From Scenedesmus sp. PABB004 (lineage: Eukaryota): 64,000 nucleotides of DNA. Both the position numbers and the translations under genes were made by a program. The stretch is taken from NCBI GenBank assembly GCA_014905635.1, contig JABVCE010000014.1, positions 682,001 through 746,000 on the forward strand. Direction: 5' to 3'. Each line of letters opens with the position of its first letter. Position 1 is the stretch's first letter. A model generated the notes under the pieces. It was not told the DNA's origin. It ran no database searches and saw only the letters and a program-made list of their open reading frames with translations. Below, one piece after another: positions 14,647 to 26,318 of the stretch.

Positions 14647-17600
14647 TCACACAAACCAGTGCCCCCCCACAGCGTCGTCCGGATCGACTGCCGGGCCAGC
14701 CGGCGCGAGCGGCGGCACCGGCGCCCCCGCCGCGCCGCCGCCGCTGGCGCCGACCTCGCCGCTCTTGCGCCGCGGCGCCGCCGCGGCGGCCTGGTCGGGG
14801 CCGCCCCCGTCGCCGTCTGCGGCGAGCGAGCCGCTCAGGGTGAGCGAGCCGTCCAGGTAGCCGCCGGCGCCGCCGTCCTCGCTGCCCGCCTCATCGGCGC
14901 CGCAGAGGGGTCCGCAGCTGCCCACCGGCGCGGCCGCGCCGCCGCGGCCGCTGTCCGCGCTGCCCGCGGCGGCGCCGGGCGGCACGCTCTGCGGCCGCGG
15001 CAGCCGCGCCTCGGCGGGCCGGGCGAGCAGCGCGGGCGGCGCGCCGCCGGCGCCGCACGCGGCGCCGCCGCCGCCGGCGGGCGCGCCGGCGGCGTGGCCC
15101 TGGCGCTCCAGGACCATGAATCGGAGGCACTCCAGCACGCGGTCGATGCTCGGCCGGTTCGCCGACTCCGTGGCCCTGGCGGCGCAGGCGCGGGCGCGGC
15201 GGCGGGCGCGGCGGGCGCGGTGCGTTGGCGGCGCGGCAGCGCGCGGCGCGCGCGGGCCCGCGGCGGCGCGCCAGTGCGCGTCTGGTCTGGCCGGCGCGCC
15301 GCCGGGGCCGCCACGGCTGCCGCCGCACCAGCAGTGCTCCATCAAGAGCTGGTAGTCTGGTGGCATGCCAGGAGGGATGAGCGGACGCAGGTTGCGCAGG
15401 ACCTGCGGCGCGCGGGGCGGCGGGGGGCGGTGGAGGCCCGGCGCGCGGGCGCGGGCGCGGGCGCTGCGCCGCGGCGCGCCGTGGGCACGCGCGCTGCGCC
15501 GCGGCGCCGCCGCTCACCACAACCTCAAAGTACTGGCCTGCCGGGCGGGGCGCGGTGGGTGGGCGGCGCGCGGTGCGCGGCGTGCGGCGGCGTCGGCACG
15601 GAGGGGCGGTGGCACGCCGCGCGGCGCGGCGGGGCGCGTAGGAGCGGGAGCGGGGGAGCGCAGCGGTGGCAGCGGTGGCCCGGCGGGCCACGCGGCGCGG
15701 CGCGCGCACCGTAGTGCAGCTTCCTGAACGCCGCCTGGCCGGTGTAGATCTCCCACATCATCACGCCTGGCAACGCGGCGTGCGGCGGGGCGAAGTCCGG
15801 AGCTCAGCGCGTGCAGCACGCGTGCGGCGCCGGCGGGCGGGGGCGCGGGCGCCGCGCGCGCCGCGGCCGGGGCGCGCGCACCGAACGCGTACACGTCCGC
15901 CGCGGTCGACATGCGGCCGTAGCGCAGCAGCTCGGGGGGCATGTGTGACAGCGTGCCTGGCGCGGTCGCAGCGGCGAGGCGTGTTATGCGGCGCGCCGCG
16001 GCCTCGGCGCGCCTTGCCGCCCCCTCTCACACACGACACCAACCCACACACCCGTGGTGTCGGTGGTCCGGTGCGTGCGCTGCTGCTGGATCGCCTTGCT
16101 CAGGCCCAGGTCGGCGACCTTTGCCACCATCCCCAGCGGCGCCGTCGCGCTGCTCGCGACCAGCACGTTGCGCGCGTCTGCGGCGCCGCGGGCGCCGCGT
16201 CAGAGGGCGGCGCCGCGTGCGTGGGGCGCGCGCGCCGAGTGCGCGCCGCTCACTCAGGTCGCCGTGCACGATCTTGCGGCGGTGCAGCTCGCTCAGGCCG
16301 CACGCAACGTCCGTCAGCAGGAGGAGCAGCTGCAGCACGTGCGCCTCGGAGCCCTCCGCGCCCTCCGCGCCCTCGGCCTGCGCCGAGACAATCGCGCCGA
16401 GCGTGCCGAGGTCGGCGTACTCAAGCACCAGGTGCATCGCGCGGCGCTCCGTGCGCCCGCTGCAGACGAGCGGCGCCCCCAGCGAGCGGTTGGTCGCCGG
16501 CCAGCCCGCGCTGCCGGCGGGCGCGCCGCCGGAGCTGCCGCCGGCCGAGTCCGGCGCGCCGGCGCCGCGGGGCGCCGGCACGCTGCCGCGCCGGCTGTCA
16601 GAGCCGGCGCCACCCGCTGCGCCCGCGCCGGCGTCGCTCGGCGCGCGGTGGAGCCCGCCGGCCTTGCCGCCGTGGCCGCTGGCCAGGCTGCCGCTCGCCA
16701 CTGGCGCGTGCGAGCCGGTGGTGGAGCTGGCGTTGACGTTGTTTTTGACCAGCGTCTGGCAGTGCAGCGCGCGCAGCACGTTCTGCGGCAGCGGCCCAGG
16801 CGCGCCGGGTCACGCTCAGCCGTCGGCGGCGACGGCGGAGGCGCAGCGAGAGGCGCGGCGGCGGCGCGGCGAGAGGCGCGGCAAGAGGCGCGGCGAGAGG
16901 CGCGGCGAGGGGCGCGGCGAGGAGCGCGGGAAGACGCGCGGCGAGGGGCTTGGCTGGTGGCTCACCGGGTGATTGATGCTCAGCATCAGGGAGGCCTCAG
17001 TCTCAACCGCCTCGGACGCCTGCGGCACGCGCCGCGGCGGCGGTCACAGCCGCGGCCAGCGCCCAGCGCGCCGCCGGCCCCGCGGGGCCTGGGGCCCCCG
17101 GGGCCGCTCGGGCCGCTCGCTGGCTGCGCTGCCGCACCGCCGCGTCGTGTTCGATGACCTTCACGGCGACGTCGAGCCCCGCCCAGCGAGCTTTATAGAC
17201 TCGGCCGTAGCTGCCGGCGCCCAGCAGCTCGCCAAACTCGATCGGCTCGCACGGCCCCGCGCTGATGAGCGGCGTGGTGAGGCTGCTCACAAGGGTCCAG
17301 CCCTTGGCCCTGCGGCGGCGGCGCCGGCGGCCGGCGCCCTGCTGAGCGGCCGCGCCGCGGCGGCGCCTGCGATGCTGGCGCGGCGCCGCGCCGGCGGCCG
17401 CGCTCACCCCGGCGCCCCCTCCACGTCCGGCGCGTTGCTGTGCGAGCCGAGTTTCAGCGCAGCGGCGATCGCCGCCTCGCGCGCGCGGCGGCGCCGCCGC
17501 CGCCGCGCCCACAGCACGCCGAGCGCCGCCGCCGCCAGCACCGCGGCGACTGCGCGTGCGCGCGGGCGGCACCGGGCGGCGTCGGCGGCGGCGTGCGCGG

Positions 17601-18697
17601 GCGGCCAGCGCCCACGCCCACGCCGCGCGCGCCGCGCCGCGCGCACCCCCGACAGCCACGCCGGCGGCGATCGCGGCGACGCCGCCACGGCCGGCGCCGC
17701 CGCCGCTGCCGCCGCCTTGCGCGTCGGCCGCGAGCACCGCGTCCACCAGATCGTTCACGCACGCGTCGCTGCTCTTTCTGAGCAGGCACGCGTCGTCCAC
17801 GTGCGCGCGGCACAGGCGCGTGGTGTTGGTGTTGCGCACGCCGTAGCCGCCCATCGGCCCCCGCCCTTCTTGGATGCGGCGGGGGTCGTCGGTTGAGTAG
17901 TCGTTCAAATAGAGGCTGTCAGGGAAGTCAGTGCCCTGGTCGGCAGGGGGGTCGAGGGTTGAACCCACGCAGCGCGGGCGTGACGGCGGGCGGCGGCGGC
18001 GGCGCGCCGCGCACGCACGCCCTTCCCCGACACGCCGAGCGCGCGCCGGCCGGCCAGCCCCCGGCGCACCCTGAAGCTGGCGTTCACGTAGGTCAGGTTC
18101 TGCGGGCCGTCTGGGTTGGGCCAATACGCCGAGCGCTTGGTCTGGTTCACTACAATGGCGGCGGCGGGTTCGGCGGCGGCGCCACCTCTGTCGGGCGCCG
18201 CCGCCGGAGGGCAGCGCACCGCGCGCGGGGCGCGGGCGCGGGGCGCGGGGCGCGGGGCGCGGGGCGCGGGGCGCGGGGCGCGGGGCGCCGGGGGGGGGGG
18301 GCACGGGGCGGGGGCGCGGGCGCGCGGCGCGGGTGCCGCGGCGCGCACCCACGGCGCCGCTCTGCGCGGCGGTCGTGCACGCGGGGCGCAGGCGGAAGAC
18401 GTTGTTCATCAGCACCGTGCTGCCCGGCTGGCCGAGGAAGAAGTCCACCGTGCCGCCGGTGCCGCGCCGCTCGTTGGCGACCTGCGCGCGCGGCGGGCCG
18501 CGTGGGCGCGGCCGCACCCGCACCCGCCACCGCCTGCCTGGCGCCAAGCGCGCCCGCACCGTGATGTTGTCAAACACCCAGTGGCACGTGCCGCACAGCT
18601 CCACGGCGCTCCGCACAAAGGCGAGGTCGAGCACCGTGCCCAGGCCCTCCGCGCCCGTGACCGTCACGTTCCTGCGGCGGCCGCCCGGCGCCGCGTC

Positions 18698-18735
<38 letters not shown>

Positions 18736-19019
18736 CCGCCGCCCCCGTGCGGGCGCACTCACCGCTCGACCGGCAGGCCATGGCCGACGTACTTGTCGAA
18801 CTCGCCGGTCGCGCCGATGTCGTAGTCGCCGTCGACGACGATGCGGGTGACGCGCGGGTCCTGCAGCGCCGCGAGCAGGCTCGCGCCGCTGCCGCCGCCG
18901 GCGCGGACGACGCGCTCCGCCGCGCCGGCGGTGACGGCGGCTCCGGGCCCCGCGGCTGCGCAGATCAGGGCCAGCAGCAGGGCCGGCAGAGCGCCGAGCA
19001 GGCGGCGGCGGCGCGGCAT
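14647..19019 (-). CDS. Receptor-like TKL protein kinase (signal peptide, Cys-containing ectodomain, TM, non-RD kinase), paralog A
   Basis: Signal peptide MPRRRRLLGALPALLLAL; TM VAAIAAGVAV..LGVLWARRRRR; kinase motifs GAGSYGRVY, VAVK, HGDLNARNVL, ADLGLS, HMPPELL, DVYAFGVMMWE. Confidence 0.88.
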
Positions 19020-19795
19020 CTCTTGCTGCTGTTTTCCGCCGCCGCTGCTTGCGGGCGTCCGCCGCCGCTGTTGCGCCGGCTACGTCACGGAGTCATAATC
19101 TAACTATCTCCGGAGCAGCGTGCGGCCAACGTGCGGCCAGAAGCGCGCCGGCCGGCCTGCGTCGCTGCCGCTGCTGCTCCCACGCCGCCGCTCGCCGCAC
19201 GCTCGCTCGCCCCCGTGCGCTGCTGTGCGGGCGTCTCTGAGCGGTGACGGCAGCTGCGGCGGGTGAGGGAACGCGGCCGCGGCTCCGCGGGCGGCGTCGC
19301 TTGCTCCGCTCGTCAAAGCGTCGGCTTCGGCGCTCGCGCGCACCACCATCAACCACCACCACGACACAACGCTGCCTCCAACACCACCACCACCACAACG
19401 CCGCGCCGGCCTCGCAACAGGCGCCCGACCGGTGCCACGAAACGACTACACACAAACGTCCGAACGCGCGAGAGAGACAACCAGAGCCAGCGCGTGCGCT
19501 CCGCGTGCTCTGACGCGCAGCCCTGGCGGCTCGGACCACGGCGACTGCAAAACATGAGAGAGAGAGAGAGACAGGGCTGGCGCGCACAGGGGGTCAAGTG
19601 TCGGCACACGCCGGTGGCGGCGGCCGCAAACGCACGCTGCGGTCAGCGCAGGCACACGCCCGCACGCAACGGAGCGGGCGCGCATCACACGCGCTCACAA
19701 ACAAGCGATGACCGCGCCGATCCGCAGGCGGCCGCCCGGCGGCAGTGATGTACAGTGGGCGAGGCAGCCCTGATGTACAGCTGGCCGCAGCGGGG

Positions 19796-20361
19796 TCACT
19801 GGCGCAGGCTGCTGCCCGTGCTGCGCGTGCAGGCGGCGAGCGCGCGCGGGCCGGCGGTGCCGCTGCTGCCGCCGCTCGCCGCGCCGCCAGCCGCGTCGCC
19901 GCGCTCGCGCTGCGGCGAGCCGCGCGAGGCGCCGTCCTCCCGGCCGGCCGCGGCCGGCGCGGCCGTCTCGCCGCCGTCGCCGCCGCCGAGCGCCTGGCGC
20001 AGGAGCGCCTGCTGCGCCGTGCTCAGCGCGCTGGGGAAGGCGACGTTGAAGCGCACGTGCAGCGCGCCGCGGCGCCCCGCCGCGTCGCCCCACACGGGCA
20101 TGCCCTCCCCCGCTACGACGAGCTCGGCGCCGGGCTGGATGACTCGGCCGCCGACCGGCAGCGCGAGCTCGCAGCCGCCGAGGGTGCGCAGAGCGACCGG
20201 GCCGCCCGTGAGCGCGGTGAGCAGCGGGACGTCCACGATCGCATACAGGTCGTCGCGCAGCCGCCGGAACGTGGCGTGGCGCTGCTGCACGACCACAAAC
20301 TCCGCGTCGGCGCCGCCCGTGCCCCCGAGCCTGCGCGCACGGCGAGGCGGCGGCGTGAGGC

Positions 20362-20401
<40 letters not shown>

Positions 20402-21040
20402 GTGCCCGTGGCGGTCTGGGTCCGCCAGCCCCAGCGCGCGCGGCCGCGCGGCCCCTGCCGCGCGCAGTGCCCACCCCGGCAGCGTGATGCGCGCGCCGTC
20501 CGCGACGCCCGGCTCCACGTACACGCTCGCCTGCAGCGCCCGGCCGTGGCGCTGCACCGCCACCGGCTTGAGCGCGCCGCTGAACAGCTCCTCCAGGCTC
20601 ACGCGCAGCGGCTGCGGGCCCGCGCCGGCGACCGCGGCCGCGGCGGCGGCCGCCGCCGCCGCGGGGCAGGGCCGGCCGGCGCCGGCGCTGCTGCTGCCCG
20701 CGCCGGGCGCCGCCGCGCCCGGGCGGCGCTCCGCGCTGCGCGCGCGCTTGCCGTGCTGCGGCAGGTGCGGGTGCTGCGGCTGGTCCGGCTGCTGCGTCGG
20801 GTCCCCCTGCTGGTGATCGTGCTGCGCCTGCTGCGCCGGCGCGATGCCGCAGTCTCGCAGGAAGCCGCGGAACATGCCGCTCAGCAGCGAGCCGTCCGAG
20901 TCGAGCGCCGCGAGCGCCGCCTGCACGGCGTCGTCGCCCTGCCCCGCGCCGGCCTGCCCCGTGGCGCCGCCGCCGCCGCCGCCACTGAGGTAGGCGTTGA
21001 GCAGCTCCCGCGGCGAGGCGCGGCGCCCGCGCGGGTCCAT
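19796..21040 (-). CDS. HSP40/DnaJ C-terminal (substrate-binding) domain protein with no visible J-domain
   Basis: LRVSLEELFSG, VEPGVADGARITLPG, HATFRRLRDDL, VPLLTALTGG..RTLGG, IQPG..VAGEGMP, RGALHVRFNVAFP. One intron near 20330-20473. No HPD motif. Confidence 0.8.
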
Positions 21041-21801
21041 CGCCGGCGCCTGCAGCGGCAGCGGCGGTGCGCGCCGTGCTGGGCGGCGCTGTGGCGGCCA
21101 ATCGCGGGCGCTCACGGGATGCTCCCGATGTCAGCGCGACTGGGGGACGGCGGCGCACCTCAGAGGCGCGTGGCCTCGCTCAGGCACCGCGAAGGAGTTC
21201 GAAGATTCGCGAGTCGCTGCTCGCAGCGCAGCGAGCCCAGCGCCGCCCTGGCCGCTGCGCCCCAGCTCAAGGCGCGGCCGTCACATGACACAGCCGCCGG
21301 GCGCGAGCTGATAGGCGCCTGGCCGGCGCGCCCAGCTGCTGCTGCTCGCCCGACCAGCGCGAGCGGCCTCAGGTGTGGTCAAGAGGGAGTCCTTGAGCTG
21401 CACCGCTGCTGTCGGTGGGCAGCGGTTGGGCGCAAGAACTGGCACACCGGCGCCGCAACGCAACCGCTACGCCGCCGCCGCTGACGCCGACGCCGCCCTC
21501 CCCGCCCGGCCTGCTGCGCCGCCAGTTCGATCTCTTCCGGCTCGTTCTCGTTGTTTGTCCGCGTGCCCTGGTTTGAGCGCCGGCCGTAGTCCTGCCCCCG
21601 CCAAGACAGCCTCCCCCGGCCTCGCAGCCCCTGCCCGGCCCCTCCCCTAGGCCCCCCCCCCAGGGCACCGATCAAGGCGGCGCCCTGCGCGCGGTCATGC
21701 CGCGGCGGCGCGAGCAGCGGCGCGCGGCGCCGCGCCGCCCGCGCCGCGCCGCCGCCTGAGCGGCGGCAGTGGCGGCGCGTCCAGGCCGCGCGGGGCCCGC
21801 C

Positions 21802-24800
21802 ATGGCCGCCGCCGCCGGCTCGCCGCCGGAGCCGCCCGCGCGGGCGGGGCCGCGCAGCAGCGTCGACGGGGGCGGCTCGTCAGCCGCGTCGCACGCGCCG
21901 CTGGAGGTCCAGGAGGGTGCGGCGCCGCCGCCGCCGCCGCGCCCGCGCGCGCGCGCGGCCGCCGCCCGCGCGCGCGCGAGCGGCACGCCGCCGCCGCGCC
22001 GCCGCAGCGCTGCTGCCCAAGCCCGCGTGGCGGCATCCCTGGGGCGCCTGGCGGCGGCGCTACCTCGTCGCGCTCGTGGCAGCCATCACCGCGATGCTCT
22101 GCGCCGACCAAAACCTGCTCGCGCCCAACGTGCGCCGCCGCCGCCGCCGCCGGGGGCGCGCAAGCGCCGCCTCGCGTTGGCACCCCGCCGCGCCGCCGGC
22201 GCCCGCTGCCCGCCGCCGCGACGCGCCGCCGACACGCGCCGCAGCTCTCCGCGGCGGCGGAATACTTTGGGCTGGACGACCGCGCCAAGGACACGATCCT
22301 GGGCGGGTACCTCATGGCGGTGCGCAGCAGCGGGGTCAGGGTCCAGGGTCCAGGGTTCACGGGCCAGGGCTGGAGGAGGTTCAGGGGCCGCGGCGGGCGC
22401 GCGCGCCCGGCGCCCGCCGCCCGCCGCGCCGCGCCGCCGCCGCTCACCTGCCGCCCGCCCGGCGCGCCGCCGCCGCTCACCTGCCGCCCACCCGGCCGCC
22501 GCAGGCCTTCTTCATCGTCGGCGCGCCCTCCGCGCTCGCGGTGCGCCGCGGCCGGCGGCGCGCCAGCGCCGGGGCCAGCCCGCCAGCGGCTCTCTCTCTC
22601 TCTGCGCGCCGGCCGCGGCTCGGTCGCTCGCTGTCACATACGCGGCGCGCGTGCTCACTTCAGGTTCAAACGAAAACCGACCCGCGCGCCGCAGGTCGGC
22701 TACCTGGCGGACCGCTACAACCGCGTGTGGCTGCTCGCCGCGATCATCGTCGTCGGCGAGACGCCCTGCCTCGCGACCTACTGGGTGTGGCCGCGGCGCG
22801 GGGGCCGCGGCCGCGGGCGCAGGCGCGGGCGCGGGCCAGGGCGGGCCGGCCGCCCGCGGCGTGGGCTTACCAGCCGCGCGCCGCGCCCCGCCGGCGCCGG
22901 CGACGGCAGGTCACGGAGCTGTGGCAGTTCTTCCTGGTCCGCATGCTCACCGGCGTCGCGGTCGGCGGCGTATTTCCGCTCGCCTTTTCCCTGCTGGGTG
23001 ACCTCTTTCCCAGCAGCGCGCGCAGCGCGATGGCCGCGGTCGTGCAGATCAGCGTCGGCGCCGGCATCGGCGGGGGCCAGGCGCGGCGCCGCGCGCCGCG
23101 CCGCGCGGCCGCGCCGGCACCCTCACGCGCGCCGCCGCGCGGCCGCGCCGGCTCCCGCAAGCTGCGTGCGCGCCCAACTGAGCCCTGGTCTCCCTCGCCG
23201 CCGCACCGCCGCGGCGCCCCGCAGCTGCTCGCGGGCATCGTCGGCCCCGCCACCAACTGGCGGGTCCCCTTCGTCATCATGGCCGCGCCGTCGCTGCTGC
23301 TCGCGGCGCTGCTGCTCGCGACCGCGTCTGAGCCGCCGCGCGGCGGTGCGGCGCGCGCGCGCACGCAGCGCGCGCCCGGCAGCGCCACCGCCCGCCCGCC
23401 CCGCGCGCCACGCTCTCCCACCCCCGCCCCGCGATGGCGCCGCCGCGGCGCAGCGTTTGAGGAGGCGCTCGCGGGGCAGCTCGCGGCGGGCGAGGCGTAC
23501 GAGGAGACGATCACCTGGGCCAAGCTGCGCCGCCTGCTGCGCGTGCCGAGCAACATCATCATCATCCTGCAGGCGCGCGACACCGCCGCCTGCCGCCCGC
23601 CGCCGCCTGCCGCCGCCGCCGCTTCTGCTGCCTGCCCCCGCCTGCCGCCGCCAGCCGCCGCCGCTCCCGCTGCCTGCCGCCGCGCCGCCCGAGCACCGCG
23701 TGACGCGGCACGGCACCCGAACCCGCGCGCCCGCGCAGGGCATCCCCGGCTGCCTGCCGTGGGGCGTGCTGCAGACGTACCTGGTGGACTACCTGCACAT
23801 ATCAAAGGGCCTGTCCGTGCAGGCGCGCCGCGCCGCGCCGCCGCGCGCCGCCCGCCCGCCCGCCCTCTGCCGCCCGCCGTGCCGCGCGGGCGCTGCGCGG
23901 GCGCCGCCCGCCCGCGCCGTGGCGCGACGCGGCGTGACGCTGCACGCGCCCCGCGCGCGGCCCGCGCGCCCCGGTCAGATGGCGACGATCGTCATCCTGG
24001 TCTTTGGCATCGGCTGCGGCGCCGGCGTGCTCGCGGGAGGGGCAGCTGGGCAGCTGCTGTACAACTGGTGCGCCCAGCGGTGCCGCTCAGGGCTGGAGGG
24101 GCCGCCCGGCGCGCCGCCCCGCCGCCGCCCCGCGCCCCGCCGCCACCCCCGCGCCCCGCCCCACCCCGCCCGGCGCGCGTGCGCAGGCGCAAGGAGTCGA
24201 TGGCGCTGCTCACGGGCGCGTCGGTGCTGCTCGGCGCGGCGCCGGTCTGGGTGCTCGTCAACGCGCCGCTCTCGACGCGCGGCGGCCTCGGCGTCGCGCT
24301 GCTCATGGCCGCGCTCGCGGGCCTGCTCGTCTCAATCGCAGGCGCGCCGCCGCCGGTGTCACCACGCCGCCGCGTCGCCGCCGCCGCCGCGCCGCCGCCG
24401 CCGCACCGCGCGCCTCTTCAGCTTCTGTTTGAGTGAGCGCGCCGCGCCACCCGCCCCTGCACCCGGCCTCGCCGCCCGGCAGGCCCCAACCTGCGGGCGA
24501 TCATGCTGAACGTGAACGCCCCGGAGACGCGCGGCGTCGCGCTCGCGCTGCAGTCGGTCACCGACGACCTCGGGTGCGCGCCGCCGCCGCCCGCCGCCGC
24601 CGTCACCACGCCGCTGCCGTCGCCACGCCGCCGCCGCCGCCGCTGCGGCGCCGCGCGCCGGCGGCCCACCTCCGCCGCCGCCGCCCTCTGCGCTGCGCCG
24701 CGCCGCGCGCCGCGCAGGCGTGGCCTGGGGCCGGTGATCGTCGCGGGGTTCATTGCCCAGATGGGCCGCCGCGGCGCGTTCAACCTTGCCATCGCCGGCT

Positions 24801-25783
24801 GGGTGCCCTGCGGCCTGCTGCTGCTCTGCCTCGCCGCGACGATGCGGCGCGACGAGGCGGCCATGCAGGCGGCGCTCGCGCAGCAGGCGGGCGCGGTGCT
24901 GCAGGCGATCACCGTCGACGGCGGCGGGCCGCCCGCGGGCGAGCCGTCGTCGTCGGCGCCGGGCTACGCCGCGGCGGCGCCCGGAGGGCGCGTGCCGGAG
25001 CTGGCGCCGCAGGAGAGCCTCAGCCCGCGCGCGCTCGCGCTCGGACGCGACAGCGGCGGCGACGGCGGCGGCGGCGGCGGCGACGGCGGCGTGGGCGCGG
25101 CGGGCGCGGACGCGGCGTGCGCAGCGGGCGCGGCGCCGCCGCGGGCGAGCGGCGAGGTGCCCGTGCATCACGCGCGGGGCCTGCTGCAGGCGCTCACGCG
25201 CGGCGCGGCGCGGCGGTCTGACCCGGGGCAGCCGGCGGGCGGCGCGCCAGCGCTACACGCGACGAGCAGCACGCAGGAGCTGCTCCCGCTCGGCGGCGGT
25301 GGCGCGCCCGCCAGCAGCGACGACGCCCGCCTGCCGGGCACGCCGCCGCCGGCCGGCGCACGGCACCGCGCGCACCTGCGCGGTCGCAGCAGCGGCCGCG
25401 GCGCCGGCGGCGGCGGCGCGGCGCCGGGCGCGCTCGGCGAGGCGCGCGAGGCGGCCGCCCGCGCCGGCGGGCGCGGCCGCAGCAGCAGCGACTCGGCGGC
25501 GGGCGGCGACTTTGAGCCCCACCCGCACGCGTCGGGCAGCGCGCGGCGCGCCGTGACGACCGGCGCGATAGGCTACGGCCAGCAGGCGCTGGCCGGCCGC
25601 GTCGGCGGCGCTGCGTGGCGCCGCGCGCCGGGCGGCGGCGGGAGCGGCGGCGGCAGCGGCGGCGGCAGCGGGAGCGGCAGCGGCAGCGGGAGAGCGCAGC
25701 AGCTGCAGGAGCAGCGGCAGGGCGAACGCCAGCGGCGCAGCTCGTGGGACGGCGGGTCGCCGCCGCCGGCGCTGCTGCCCTGA
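21802..25783 (+). CDS. Major facilitator superfamily transporter (spinster-like), multi-exon
   Basis: ADQNLLAPN, MFS motif A GYLADRYNR, RMLTGVAVGG, LLGDLFPSSARS, QGIPGCLPWG, LNVNAPETRG, DDLGRGLGP, and many hydrophobic helices. Confidence 0.9.
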
Positions 25784-26318
25784 GCGCGGCCGCGCGTGTG
25801 CTCGGCGAGAGGGGCGCGGCGGCGCTGCGAGAGCGCCGCCTGCTGCGGACACCCCTCGGTGTCCGAGGCGCGCAGCGGCGAGCAACCGGAGTTGGGCCCT
25901 CGCGCTCGGCAGCGGGGTGCGGCGCGCGCTGCGCACGGTGGGCGGCAGGTGCGCAACCGACGCGCTGCGGCGTGCGGCGCAGCGCCCCGGGTCGCGCCGG
26001 AGCAGATCCCCAGCAGACGGGATCTGCTGAGAGAGGGAGCCGCTCGCAGGCAGGCCGCCACCATCAGCATCCGCTCACCGCGGCGCGGACCGCCGACGAC
26101 AGCGCCGCCGGTCGTGAGGCGCCCCGCGCCGCGCGCCCGCTCAGTCGCGGCTCCACGCGGCCGATCACGCACGGCGCGGCCCGCGCGCGCCCTGGCTGCC
26201 GCTCGCGGCGATCCTTGCCCGCGGAGCGCGGCCGCAGCTCGCGATCTCGCTGTCGCAGGGCCGCGCGGCAGCTCGAGGGCGGCGCACGCAACTCGCACTG
26301 GCGCCTGGAAGCTCCAGG

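Noticed and set aside
22431..22489. 26-bp duplicated branch-point segment and other short intronic repeats (16860-16950, 18226-18285, 45370-45435)
   Set aside because: Ordinary slippage repeats with no evidence of function.
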